64,000 nucleotides of DNA from the human T2T-CHM13v2.0 reference genome, Homo sapiens, in NCBI RefSeq assembly GCF_009914755.1, contig NC_060932.1; one strand, given 5' to 3'. How positions within the stretch are numbered: position 1 is the stretch's first letter; every line of letters starts with the position of its first letter. Below the pieces are notes generated by a model. It saw only the letters and a program-made list of their open reading frames with translations, was not told the DNA's origin and did not search any database. The position numbers were made by a program, and so were the translations under genes. This document shows, piece by piece, positions 1 to 13,614 of this stretch.

Positions 1-725
1 CTTAGCCATCAAGGAAATGCAAATCAAAGCCGTACTGAGATACCAGTTCATGTCCACTAAAATAGGTACCATCAAAAAGACAGTTAGTAAGTGTTGGTGA
101 GGAGGTGTATGGGTGTTTCACTTCCCTATGGCTGGTGAGAATATAGAATGGTGCGTCTATTTTGTAAAATACTCCGGAAGTTCGACATAACATTGCCATA
201 TGAACCAGCAAATCCACAGCTAGTTCTATACTTAAAATGTGTCCACGTAAAAATTTGTATGCAAATGGTTATAGCAGAGTTATTCATAATTGCAAAAAGT
301 GGAAACAATACAAATGTCAGTCAACCGATGAAAAAACATGGTCTATATCCATCATATTAAATAGGATCCAGAAATACAGAAGAAGTGAACTGCCGATTTA
401 TTCCACAACCTGACAAACCTTGAAAACCTACTAAATGGAAAGAGCTAGTCACAAAACACATTTTGTACCATTGCACTTACATTAAATGTCCAGAATAGGC
501 CAATCCCTAGAGACGAAAATAAATTAGTGTTTGCTTTGGGCCGTGGGGCTGAGGGAAAATAGTGAGTGGGTACTAATGGATACTGGGTTTTTTGCATTAA
601 ACATCTTCCAAAAATAACTGTGGTGATGAATGCATAACCCCAGGAATATATTAAAAAGCACTGAAGAGTACACTTCAGGTCAATATTGTGGTATGTGAAT
701 CATTTCAATATAGCTCTGATTAAAA
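1..725 (+). mobile_element. Old L1 (L1MC/L1ME-type), ORF2 end and 3' UTR fragment
   Basis: GGAAATGCAAATCAAAGCC..GAGATACCA, ATAGCAGAGTTATTCATAATTGCAAAAAGTGGAAACAA and AAATGTCCAGAATAGGCCAATCC resemble L1M 3' consensus motifs. Confidence 0.85.
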
Positions 726-1106
726 GAAAGCAGCAGCTCAGGACTAGAGAACAGAGCGCAATATGGGATATTGAAATTCCATTTAGCTATAAGTCTCATT
801 TCCTGTTATATCACATGACACCTATATTAATTCAGTTTACGAATTAAAAAAAAAGGAATATGGTAAGAAGACTGAAAGAAACAGGTTTCTCAGTTTTCTA
901 AAAGAATGAGATAGAGCTCAGAACCTTGAGTCGAAGGCTTATCCCTCCAGCTGGAATTCTACTTCCTCTCTACTTCACTTACAGGACTCTAATTTAGCCT
1001 TCCAAGACCCAGTTTGGATTTCACTGCCTCTTAACATTCCCACAGTAACATCTTCCTGCAGTGATTGTATGAAGCACAGGGCATTATTATGTATGCATGC
1101 AATGGA

Positions 1107-1469
1107 CAGACGCTCTTCAACTTACAGTGCGGTTATGTTCTAATAAAAACATTGTAAGCTGAAAAGAGTGATGAAAATGCATTTAATATACCTAACCTGC
1201 AAAACATTGTAGCTTAGCCTTGCCTACCTTAAACACACTCAGAACACGCACATTAGCCTACAGCTGGGAAAACCACCTAAGTCAAAGCTTATTTTATAAT
1301 AACACATTGAGTATCTCGTGTCATTTATTCAATATTGAACTAAAAGTGAAAAGCAGAATGGTCGTATGGGTACTCAACGGGTGGTTTCTACTGAACGTGT
1401 TATTACTTTCACGCTATTGTAAAAGGGTAAGAGTCCCAAGTTGAACCATGGTAAGTCAGGGGCCGCCTG
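1107..1469 (+). mobile_element. MER47A-like Tigger-family MITE
   Basis: Terminal inverted repeats CAGACGCTCTTCAACTTAC / GTAAGTCAGGGGCCGCCTG followed by TA; interior resembles MER47A (TAGCTTAGCCTTGCCTACCTTAAAC). Confidence 0.8.
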
Positions 1470-1663
1470 TAGTCAATCCTGTAATATAGCCAAACTCTGT
1501 ATTGTTGTGTTTTAATGTATCTACACTGATTGGATCATCAGCATCCGTTGCTTTAAGGCGAGTCCTGCTGAGTGGGGTGGGGCTGGGCTGAGAGATCAAG
1601 AAAACTGATTCTCTTTGAAGTTTTGGGAGGAAAGTATCTATGATCCCAATTTACCCTGCTGTG

Positions 1664-1706
1664 TTAGTTTTATTAGTTTTTTATTAGTTTTTATTAGTTT
1701 TATTAG
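1664..1706. repeat. (TTAGTTTTTA)n short tandem repeat, about 4.5 units
   Basis: Directly visible 9-11 bp units. Confidence 0.9.
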
Positions 1707-3909
1707 CCTCTCCATTGGGGCTGAGCACGAAGCCGTATTCAAACCAGATGTGCTTCCTCCCACTCATGATGCCACCAGAATGACTTCTTTTTCCTGAACC
1801 CAGGAGCTACCTTGGGAAAGGAAGAAAATAGGAAAAAAGGGAAACACAACAAGGCCGAGCATTTCAGACTCAGTTTACCTGAAACGGAACGGTTTTCACT
1901 GGGAGACACTAACAGTTAATTTTCCCATCTAAGGCTCAGAATATTACCCCCAAACTATGTCACTTTATGTCACCAGAGGGAATAGGAAGTCCAAACCAGG
2001 AGGATGCCACATAAAGTATACACATTTGCTCTGAAGTTTGAGTACGTGTCTCTTTCATCTTTTTTTCCAGTGCCTGTGACCCAGGTGCTAACCCAGACAC
2101 TAGGATGTCTTGGTGAAGATGACGGTCCCTGTGCTTGCAAAAAGTGTACATCAGTACATGTCTACTAAAGATAAATGAGAAAACATGGTTTGAAAGTCTA
2201 TTTCATCATGCTGAAGGAGCCTTGTACGTTCACCATTCACACCATCCTGCCTTGCCATATTATTTTAAAATACCAAGATGGTTCGTCGTCCTCCCAAGAG
2301 GTGACTTAACAGTGGGGGATATGGAAGCACATACAACTCCACTCTCAGAATGGAAGTCAAGTAAAGCAATGCCTGTTTTTCAGCAGGCCACTTAGAAGTC
2401 AGACGTTGAGGATTATTAAGTTAAGGCCTCAGTAGAACAAGATTTCCAAATCCCAAGTACTGGAGAGATGAAATTCACTTTATTGCTCTGACCATTAAAG
2501 GAAGAAGAATGGAAGGAAAGGATGCTGGTGTTTGGAGGAACTCTAGTTTGTAGGTCATCTATTATTTTCTCACCTCTGAGAATGGGGGTGGTTATGGGTA
2601 CTTTACTGCCAACCCACCCCACATTCCTGAAGTATCTCAAGCCACACATTCTATCCTCTTCACAGGTGATTGTATCTGGAAGTGGCTGACTCACTGCACT
2701 AACAAACTCACAGCCATAGAAGAAGGAAAAGTCAGTAGAGAAATTATGTGCTTCCAATACCTTGTGGGAGAGACAAGGACAGATGGGAAAAGACTGAGAC
2801 ATTAAAGATGTGCAATCACATTTGGATTGACAAATTACTTTTATTACCATCCAATGATAACACAAGTCAAACAAGTTATGGAGAGATTAAATATCATGAC
2901 ACCAGCTCTCGAGTAAATGGGAGGATAGTTTTATAAAGAATGAAATATTGTGAGAGAGTCTTACTCCGTGGTCTTAAGAGCTGTTTAAGATTGGGCATGA
3001 TGCTTTTATAATAGTGAGACAGGGATCTCTCCTGGCTATCCTTCCCAGATAACCACAGATCAGTGGAAGAATAAGCTTGATGAGGAAGAAAACAGAGGAG
3101 GAGGAGGAGAAACAGAAGAGGGAAGAAAGAAAGGGAAGAAAAGTTGACAGAGGTTGACAAGGACTAGCCATGGAGATGTATCGGGGAGTTGAAGAAAAAA
3201 CAAAGCCAAAAAAAACACTCACTTTGATATTGTCTTCAAATGAGTATCATGCAAGGAAATTTAGCCTATATATTGAACAAATGTTGAAGTTTATTGTTTA
3301 GAAGGCAATGGAAAGCTGTGTTTGGAAAACCATGAGCAAAAATGGGCAAACAAATGCCAACAGTGTCACAAAGTTTAGTTATTCTAAGAGTTCATAAGCC
3401 AGTTCAATTTTTTGACTTTATTTAAATGTTTAATTTTTCAGAACAAATATAACTCTGAGTTGGGATATGTTCTCCAGTCCCAGCTTTTTAAAAATTTTAA
3501 AATGGTGTACAACAAATACATATTTCCAATAATACTATATTTATCAAATTATAATATGAGAATACCACCAACTGAAATCCATAGAAAAATAACAAGCCAT
3601 TTAAAATTTAAATTCAGAGAGCAGGGGAAACATTATTCCAAGATGACTTCAGCGATGAGACTAAGGTTATTTTTAATTATATTGAAATTTTACAGTGTGT
3701 TTTTACAGCATTGAAATTAGAATTTCCTGTGAACATTTCTTCCTTCCCTTAGCTGTAAGGAAATGCTCAGCTGTGGGAGCTTTCTCAACATAGCTCAACT
3801 GGCCTCAAAGGCAACAAAAGTCTGTTTCATGGCAGAACAATTAAAAGAAGTGATTAGCTTTGATTTCTTTTCAAATTTCAACTTAGTCTTGCTCTAGATT
3901 CTTCAGAGT

Positions 3910-3944
3910 AAAAAAAAAAAAAAAAAAGAAAAAAAAAGAAAAAA
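3910..3944 (+). repeat. A-rich tract
   Basis: A18-G-A9-G-A6. Confidence 0.9.
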
Positions 3945-4671
3945 CAAATGTTGACAACTCGTTCTGTAAACAATGTTCAAAGTCCTTAACAGTTTCCTTG
4001 TGTCTGCACAAAGCTCCCAGGGACACATTCCAGCTAAGAATCTACTTCAATTCGTGTTCAATTAAACCAATTCATGGCAAGGAAAGGAGGAGTCACTATA
4101 CAGATTATTTAATTGACCCATTACTGAATGTGTAATTCCTGCACCTGGATCAATTCAAATGTCCTCATTCCCTGCTCATCTCCTCCATTTTTCTCTTTTT
4201 CCGTCTTAGACTACCAAGCAGACATCCTTCTAAACCGTTAATCTTGGCTGTCTTTGTGCCACCCATGAGTGGCCAGAGGATAGAGTTCTGACTTAAGCAC
4301 AGACAACTTTTTTCTTTACTTAGCACATTAAACCTGTTGAAAAATTGTTATTTTAAGAAACAAATATTTTCTCCCTTTTCAAGAGTCAGTGCATTATAAC
4401 AATTCTTTTCAGTTTTCTGAAATATCTTGTTTTACCTTTCTTGTCCACATGAACCAAATCAAGGTGCAAATAGGGTTGGACAAGCTATTATCTTTTTAAA
4501 AAAATCTCAAGCCCAATGGTAAAGCTAAAGCTAACAAAATATTTACCGTAGAAAGCACCTTGCATTTACTATTTCTTATATGGGGAAAGAACTAGTGAAA
4601 TAATTGGACAAACTCAATGAAATAATTGGACAAAAGTCAGTGAAAAGGAGTTCCAAAAAAACAGAATCATC

Positions 4672-4822
4672 TAGTGGGTTGAACACTGGTTTTTGGGATC
4701 CAAACAGTTGGAATTCCATTCCTGAACTAACAAAGTAATACGATGGTTTACAAGGCTTGACTAAGGACCCTGTCCTAAGCTGTAGATTTGTGTAGTGATA
4801 ACCCCATCTCTCACATGGGTTA
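4672..4822 (+). mobile_element. MIR fragment
   Basis: Degenerate match to the MIR 5' half and core (TAGTGGGTTGAACACTGG..., ATCTCTCACATGGGTT). Confidence 0.5.
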
Positions 4823-6294
4823 CTCAACAGGCCCTGCCTCCTGTCCGTCCCTGTCTTCTGAAATTGATCTGCACTGTTCTGATGAACCGCTTTCTAAAAT
4901 TCAGATATAACTTTTTGACTAAAAAAAGCCTACAGCTCTCTATTTTCTGTGCTCTAACAGCACTTGTCACGCTGTGTAAGTTGAGAAAGCAGCAGTGCCT
5001 GGGGCATGCCTGGGGAAAGGAAGGAGAGCTGGCTGACTTCTGAGACTCCTGACCCCACCTTCACCCAAGGAACTTGAGAAAGTGTTGATCTTCTGTTATT
5101 GACTGGGCGATAGGCCTTTTTAAAGGTGTTATCACAAAACCTTTTAAAAACCATTAATAAAGAGGATAATATTTTGATTTTAAACCTTTAGCAGGGTAGA
5201 CAACACCTACTTTGATGAGACTGAGGCCAAAACTTCAAACCTTATGATTTAAGCTCTTGATATACCAACTCATTCTTATCCTCTGAACATGTACTTTTCT
5301 ATTTCTTCTTACATGAAGGCATTTACACACTCTTGTCCCCAGCTAAATCCTCCTTCCTTGATTCATCCATTCAGCCACAAATGATTTTTCAAGATTCAAT
5401 TTGAACCTAATTGTTAAAATGGTCCATATCCTACTAAACCTAGGTAGATCTCCTCCCCTGGACTGTATGTATCATAACAAGAGTGTTTAGCATAATTCAA
5501 AAACATTGCTTAGGGAGAGCCTACTCTGGGCTTGCTTCTATGTCTGAATCAGCTTAGCATGTCCTGTGTTTTTCATATAATGGATAATCAATAATTATTG
5601 TATTGAATTTAGCCCAAACAGCAATTGAATTATCAATTAAGCTAATTATAAACTTGAACACTGCAAGGAATTTTAGAATATTTTGGCTAATAGGAAAGGA
5701 ATGCTGGAAACAAGCTCATTCTGTTTGACTCCTTACAGACCCTTCAAGAGCATGATGTGAGATGGGTATAGTTCTCTTATCAGAGACTCTAAAAGGAAAA
5801 AAAGTTCAAAAGACAATGCTATACTCTCTAAATGAAATTTTAATAACAAGAGCACAATTGTGTCTTACACAGAAGACCTGTTTGAAGAGTTTGGTGTGGC
5901 CTCCCTGGAGCTCTTTTGGTAGGAAAATGGAAGAAGGCACTACTTACTTAAAGACAAATACACATCAGTGGCAGGGACCTAGAAATTACCTCTCCAAGGC
6001 CAAGACCTAAGGAAAGGAAAGCTCATAAAAGGAGCTCAGGGGTCAGGCTGCAGCAAAGACACTATGATTGTCATAGTCAGTGGGACTTTCTCATTCTAAC
6101 AATTATTTTCGGCTTTCTGAAAAGTCTTGTTATTTTACCTTGTCCACGTGAACCAAATCAAGGTGCAAAACGGCTGGTGTCAGCATTCTGCCGTATTTTC
6201 AGATTACAAGTATCATCTGGGACTGCAAATTGTGTTATTGGCTACATTTAGAGAACCAATTCAGATCAAAACAGGTGAGTAGATTTTACCTAGA

Positions 6295-7200
<906 letters not shown>

Positions 7201-8144
7201 TTTCTTCACAGAAGTGATAGTGCTGCTATGTAGACAGGTTGGGGTCATGGTCGGCAGCTCAATGCTTAACTGGAAGGATAAGTGCATCAAACACGGAATT
7301 CCTTACATTAAATGAACTCAGACAAAAATGACATGCCAAAGGATTCAGAGTGAATGTACAACCAAATAATACAACTGCCAAACACTGGTCTAAGAGCTCA
7401 TAAATGGCTTTCCTGTACGTTAACCATTTCAACAGTGAGATTTCTAAACGGCCATTAGTGCTTTTTGAAAAAGAATGGTACAAAAGAGTAAAGACAAAAA
7501 GAAGAAAGGTAAAATCAACACAGAAAAACACCATGAATGACTTAATTGGACCCAGATTATTTAGACAATATTTAAGGATTGTCTAACACATTCTTACAGG
7601 TTATCTGAATCGATGTTGTCTCTGGGCTTCTTTGATTTTTTTTGAGTTATGTAAAACTGAATTATTTTTAAATAACTCTTAATGTAAATGATTGTTTAGT
7701 ATGAATGTGTAAATAAGTATTTTTGGGATTTCCCTCAAGTGACATGTCAATTCAGTGTCTTTTAAATATATTTGAGCATTACATACTTTTTATGTACGAG
7801 GATTCTATGAAATATCTTTTGAACTTGCAAGGTCTAATTTCCTCATTAATAAATCAGTTAAAATCTTTGACATATTTGTTTTGTATTTGTGTGAAATGTT
7901 TAATTTTTAAAATTATCCTTCAACAGAACAGAACCATTATCACATGCCAGGCCTTACTGGATTTAATTCCAACAACATTATTATGGAAAAACAATCTTAG
8001 AAAAAGTCTCGTGTTCCCCAAGCTCACAAAATGGTGTCCTACTTAAAAAAATCAGGAACAATAAATTTCACAACAAAGTCAAACAGGTTGGTAAAAAGCT
8101 GGAAAAGGCAATAGTGATCACTATATCGCAGCTTATTTCTAGAA

Positions 8145-8600
8145 GACATTGGGTTAGACTATTTCTAATTTACTATTTTGACAAGGTTCCTATACAGGTA
8201 GATTACCCAAGTGCAGCACGTAGCTGTCAGCAAGCCTCTCGACAAAATCATTCACAAGATGCATGTGCCTAACAAAACATGGCTCAGTGTCTGGGTGGTC
8301 ACAGGACGGCACTTCTGCTTAAGAATTAGAACCAGTGCATGGTGTTTAATAACGAAGGCCCGTTTTAGAGAGAGGTGCAGGGAGAAAACAACCCAGAACA
8401 TTACACCTAACTCTGCGGCGACTGGTTGGAAAGAACTGGGAATGCTCACCCTGGTTGAGGAAGGCCAGCGAACGCAGAGAGAACACGACCCATCTTCAAA
8501 GAAAAATGCAGCAAACACGCGGAGAAAAGAAGTTTAGACCCATTTCTTTAGCGTCACAAAGGAGACTGAGGAGCAATATATAGATGTTAACAGGAAGCTG
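8145..8600 (+). mobile_element. L3/CR1 LINE fragments
   Basis: TTTTGACAAGGTT..GGTAGAT..TCAGCAAGCCTCTCGACAAAATC resembles the CR1 RT region; GGTTGGAAAGAACTGGGAATGCTCACCCTGG..CATCTTCAAAG resembles the L3 3' region. Confidence 0.65.
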
Positions 8601-8603
8601 GCA

Positions 8604-8707
8604 GGTGTGTCTAATGACTACGCTGCAAGGAAGGTGTTTTCAATGATTAGGCTACAAAAAATGGTGTTTCCAGTGGGTAGGCTACAAAGGTGTTTCCAAT
8701 GATTAGG
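8604..8707. repeat. Degenerate 26-30 bp minisatellite, about 3.7 copies
   Basis: Units start at 8604, 8633, 8663 and 8689; consensus GGTGTTTCCAATGATTAGGCTACAAA. Confidence 0.85.
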
Positions 8708-10409
8708 AAATAACAGGGACTTTATAGAGGGTGCAAAACAGTGAATAGGAAGCCTTCTAAGCGATACGTATTATCTGCTCTAACCCTAAGAATCAACATT
8801 TCTTCCAATTTTTTAACTAGAAATAATTGGAACTCAGATTTAATGCTTAGCTGGGAAACTTGTTCGACACAGTCAGCAGAGATCTGTTCTAAAGAATGCT
8901 TTAATTCTTTCTTCAATATCGATGTGTCTTGATTGTCATACTTTTTAAATATTAATTTTACTTTTATTAAAATGTTATTTTTTCTCTTATTTAGGAAATC
9001 TCAAAAATTATTTTAAAATCGAATAGTTCTTACACTTTTGCACAGCCTCAGATGCAGTCTCTTCTAATAATTAAAAAAGTAAAGCTCTAATTTTTACTTG
9101 ACAACTTACCAATAGTAGAGAAAGCATGTATGTACCTGGTTTATTTCATCCATCACTTGATCTGTAGTAACAGTGCTTCACCGTAGTCTCTTAATACTTT
9201 TATTTTAAAGGTATATGTCATTTATAGACATATATTTAAGGTAATAACAGATGAATAAAATGAGAGGGACCCGGGGAACCTTATTTATGCTTTGTAAAAA
9301 ATAAAAGGAAATACCAAAACAGTATTTAGAATTATATTCCAAAGAATAGCTATTAGAAAGTTATTCATCATCACTTTGAAAAGTTAAAATATTTAACAAG
9401 ATATTCTGCAAACAATAAGAAAAATAATTTTAAACAAATAATTTATAAAATATTAATTGCTTTGTTATATCAAGAAAATATTGAAATGAGCATATTAGGT
9501 GTAAACAGCACTTTTACTTTCATAACTGTGGACGTTCACTTCTTTTAATATAGAAAGTTATTTTAAAATACCATTCAATATCATTGATCTTAGATACTTA
9601 AAAAATTTGGTATATATACCCTTTCTGTAAGTGTGATGACATATGATTAAACATAGTTATTCACTTTTAGAAAAATTATAGTAGAAATTTTTGCCATAAT
9701 ATTTTGATAATTTACACTCCATTCTATGTAAATCTACAGTAACATTACCTATTTATATTTCATATATATTATTTTTATATGTACACATAAATTATATTGT
9801 TTAAATTCCTCAAACAAGTCAAAATATTCAAATTCTGCATTAAGTGATATTTTAGGATATGGGCCTGAATTATGTAACATTTTCTCTACTTGTGTTTGAA
9901 TTTAGATAATTACAACCTTATAGTAAATTCCTGGAATATAGATTTTAAAATTCCAATGATTTTCCAAACCAATGACGACTTAAAATTTCAATTATAAATG
10001 ATTAAAAAGTTTTAAATTTTAAGCCATTTTGTAAAATTGTAAACTCTCATGGTTACATTTTCGGATTTAGAAATATGACAATCAATGTGAGTTCTTAACA
10101 CAAAAGGAGGGAAAATCAGCAGAGACAACCTGATGCCATTGGGGTATCTGAGGTTGAGAAAGTGGCTGGCTTACCCCATTCTCGTTGTAGGTAGTCTTTA
10201 ATCCAGTCAGCTTACCTGAGTATTATTTTGTTTCATAAGCAAGGATTTCACAAAGTAATACCCAGTGTCTGCAAATCCAAAGAACCCCCACTCCCCTCTT
10301 GCACCTGCTTTGCAATTAGGCTATGCCTTTTTCTTGTACTTCTGCCTCTCCATATCAATAGTAGTTATGCACAAATACGGACAAGATGACATTGTACATC
10401 ACTTTACCT

Positions 10410-10540
10410 AAACTTGGGGAGTTTAGTTTCCTTTATCTGTGAAAACAAAGAGCATATGACTCTAGGTAACTGTCAAAATTAAATGATGTAAGGTATGCAG
10501 GAATGTGTAGCATGTAGTAACACATAAATGTTAGTTTCTT
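10410..10540 (+). mobile_element. MIR fragment
   Basis: TAGTTTCCTTTATCTGTGAAAA..ATTAAATGATGTAA..ATAAATGTTAG, MIR core and 3' end. Confidence 0.65.
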
Positions 10541-10589
10541 TTCAACCAAATGGCTTTGGGTTTTCTTTTAACCTATTATCTTATAAAAT

Positions 10590-10850
10590 GACAGAAAAAT
10601 AGAGATAGAATTGTCAAATAGGAACACGCAAATGATCGTAGCATATATAAGAATTTAATATATGAGAGAGGTAGCTTTTCAAATCAGTGAAAAAGAACAA
10701 ACTAATCAATAAATAATATTAAAGCAAATGGTTTTCTACTGGGGGGAGGATTTAGGTACCTGTGTCAAAAGAGACACAAAAAATTAATTTCAGAAAGACC
10801 CAATCCATTAAATAAGAGATACTATCAAAGAAATAAAAGCAAATATATGC
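10590..10850 (+). mobile_element. Old L1M ORF2 fragment
   Basis: AATTTAATATATGAGAGAGGTAGCTTTTCAAATCAGTG..ACTAATCAATAAATAATATT resembles L1ME ORF2. Confidence 0.65.
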
Positions 10851-11446
10851 AAACGTATAATGTATGCAATTACAATCTAAACGAACATACACAAAAAGAA
10901 ACTAGAGAGATTGAAAATGATAAATTTGCCTGCCTTACAACACAATTTCCACACATGGAAATAATCTTCGTAAGTGAAAATTTAAATGTAAGAACGGCCT
11001 ACAAGTTGTTTATTATAGGTATAACACGAGACATAAATTTAAATTATGTTTATGTTTATAAATAGTTCAGCAAGGTGACAGTTTAACGTTCCAAATAGAA
11101 AAAAAACATACCACTCAGACATTATAAGGAAGATTTTATGCTGGTGTTGTCTAACTTGAGCTGATTAGAATAAGAGGAGGACAGAGAATTGGTCTAAGAA
11201 AGGCAGAGGGTCATAGAAGTGAAAAAGAAATTCTGTAGAATGGAGAGAGACTGAAAATGGAAAATCAAAGTTGCTAAGGGCTGCAGTCTTAGAGAGCAGA
11301 TTAGTACAAACTTTGAGCAGATGTCATCGGGTTTAGCACTTTTGAGAGTGAGAGCTCTAAAGAGAACCTTTAGGCGGTGTTTCTGTGTGAGCTACTACGT
11401 AACCCATTCCTGGGTGCCCTCAGGAATTACAGAGTAAACTCTTACA

Positions 11447-11865
11447 CAGTTGACGTTGAACAACAACGTGGATCTCAACTGAGCAGTTTACTCCCACGTG
11501 GACTTTCTTCTCCCTCTGCCATCCGGAGACAGCAAATACCACACCTCCTGTTTCTCCTCCCCAGCCTACTCAGCATGAAGACCATGAGGAGGAAGAATTT
11601 TGTGACCCCTTCCACTTAATCAATAGTAAATATATTTTCTCTTCCTTATGACTTTCTTAACATTATTTTCTCTAGCTTACTTTCTTGTAAGACTATACAT
11701 ATAACATACAAAATGTGTTAATTGACGGTTTGTGTTATCTGTAAGATTCCTGGTCAACTACAGGCTGTTAGTAATTACGTTTTGGGGGAGTTGAAAGTTT
11801 TATGTGGATTTTTCAATGCATAAGGGGTCAGTGTCCTAACCTCTGTGTTATTCAAGGATTAACTG
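11447..11865 (+). mobile_element. Tigger2a (MER28)-like DNA transposon, full length
   Basis: TIRs CAGTTGACGTTGAACAAC / GTTATTCAAGGATTAACTG followed by TA; interior CAGCCTACTCAGCATGAAGAC, TTCCACTTAATCAATAGTAAATATATTTTCTC. Confidence 0.9.
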
Positions 11866-12387
11866 TATTTATTTTTAAGCATTTGAAAAATGGATATGTG
11901 TTTTAGGATGCTTTATTATGTTTAGGCTAGTATTAAGCAAGCCTATTGATATGATTATGGTTGCCTATAATACAGGGCTGTGAATATATATCTTAAAAGT
12001 TGTGGATGGCATTCAATACTGTTTATCTATTTCCTCCCTCCCTCTCTCACTCCATTTCTATATCCATAATAGTTTGAAATCTAAATATTACAAGCATGTC
12101 TCCAAATTGTGATAGCTTCATAAGAGAGAAGCAGTATATTAATAAAGAGTTAATGTATGAACAATATCAAATGTGTTATGATCCTGAAAACTTGTTGAGT
12201 GTTTCTCTTTTTTAATATTCACCTGTGGCATCATATGGAAGGCAACCCCATTTGATTCTCGATACAGAGAACCCAGAATTGTGTTTTTTAGAGAAAAACA
12301 TGGACTCAGAGATAACTAGAAAGTTTCATCTATCTTGCAACCTATACGTCTTAAATACCACCCAGGCACAACGTTCTTTTCTTAGGG

Positions 12388-12703
12388 TTTTTTTTCTTTT
12401 TCTTTTTCTTTTTTCTTTTATTCGAGACGGAGTCGCCCTTTGTCACCCAGGCTGGAGTGCAGTGGCATGATCTCAGCTCACTGCAGCCCCTGCCTCTGGG
12501 TTCAAGGGATTCTCCTGCATCAGCCTCCCGAGTAGCTGGGATTACAGGCGTGCACCACCACACACAGCTAATTTTTGTATTTTTAGTACAGATGGGATTT
12601 CATTATGTTGACCAGGCTGGTCTCAAACTCCTGACCTCAGGTGATCCACCTGCCTTACGCTCCGAAAGTGCTGGAATTACAGGCTTGAGCCACCTCACCT
12701 GGC
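12388..12703 (-). mobile_element. AluS (Sx-like)
   Basis: Full dimer with CTGACCTCAGGTGATCCACC and a T-rich tail on the left. Confidence 0.95.
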
Positions 12704-13449
12704 TCTTTTATTATACTTTGTTGGTGTTATTGCTGTTGGTTTCATTTTGTTGTCTGTATTTTTGTTTATTTGCACAGTCATATCTTTCATTTTCCGTAAT
12801 TAATCAGCAGACAAAAGCAATGTATTATTTAGAAAATTTCTGGTTAAGACAGTGTGATTTTTTCAATTTAATTATATATATTTAATACATAATAGATTAA
12901 ATTTATAAACAAGTTACATTAACTATTAAAAGTCTCTTGTGTAATCTTCCAATTAAAATATAGTTTGCTTCACCAGCATAACTGATAATTTCTTTTTAAC
13001 AGAAAATAAAACTTTTTTAAAAAAAGATATGCTAGAAGATATTATACTTTTTATTCATCATGATAGAGACCGGATGTTTATAAGCATGTATCTATTCTAA
13101 CACGAAATTTCACATGTCAAATTTAGGATCATAAGAATATGGTATTAGTATTCAGCACAATTTTGGCTTTACATTTTGGAATTTTGGTAGTTAAGTGTGA
13201 TTAATTCAGCTTCTTTTAAATGTAGTCATATATACATATGGTAAAATCATATAATTTGGGAATACTCATCTGAATTAATACTGAAATTGAACATCATCAC
13301 TACTTTTCGGAGTTCTAAAATATGTATTTATAAAACAGAAAGGGATTTTAAAATAAAACATAATCAAATAGGTCTCCACAACACTTTTAGTAAAACACTG
13401 AGGGTTTGAGACTGCCTTTAGAAATAGCAACTCATAGTCTAACACCATC

Positions 13450-13605
13450 CCAAGGCTGTGGACTCCCAGGTCAAATGCCAGTTCAAATCCCGATTTCACC
13501 ACTCACTTTATGAATAGCTTTCTTAATTTCTATACCTCCGTTTGTTCATATGTAAGGATTAGATGGCACAGAGAGCACCTGACACATGAAGTCCTCCATC
13601 AAAAC
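13450..13605 (+). mobile_element. MIR fragment
   Basis: CAGTTCAAATCCCGATTTCACCACTCAC..CCTCCGTTTGTTCATATGTAA. Confidence 0.65.
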
Positions 13606-13614
13606 CCATCACCG

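Noticed and set aside
2416-2874. 152-aa minus-strand ORF in unique sequence
   Set aside because: Non-ATG start, no recognisable domain, and a length compatible with chance in 64 kb across six frames
4596-4634. 17-bp direct repeat TGAAATAATTGGACAAA with a 22-bp period
   Set aside because: Ordinary two-copy slippage duplication
12457-12885. Alu-overlapping ORFs (also 6635, 16607-16886, 21541, 25606, 26723, 56126)
   Set aside because: Typical Alu-derived frames ([16 protein letters not shown]) with no support for coding
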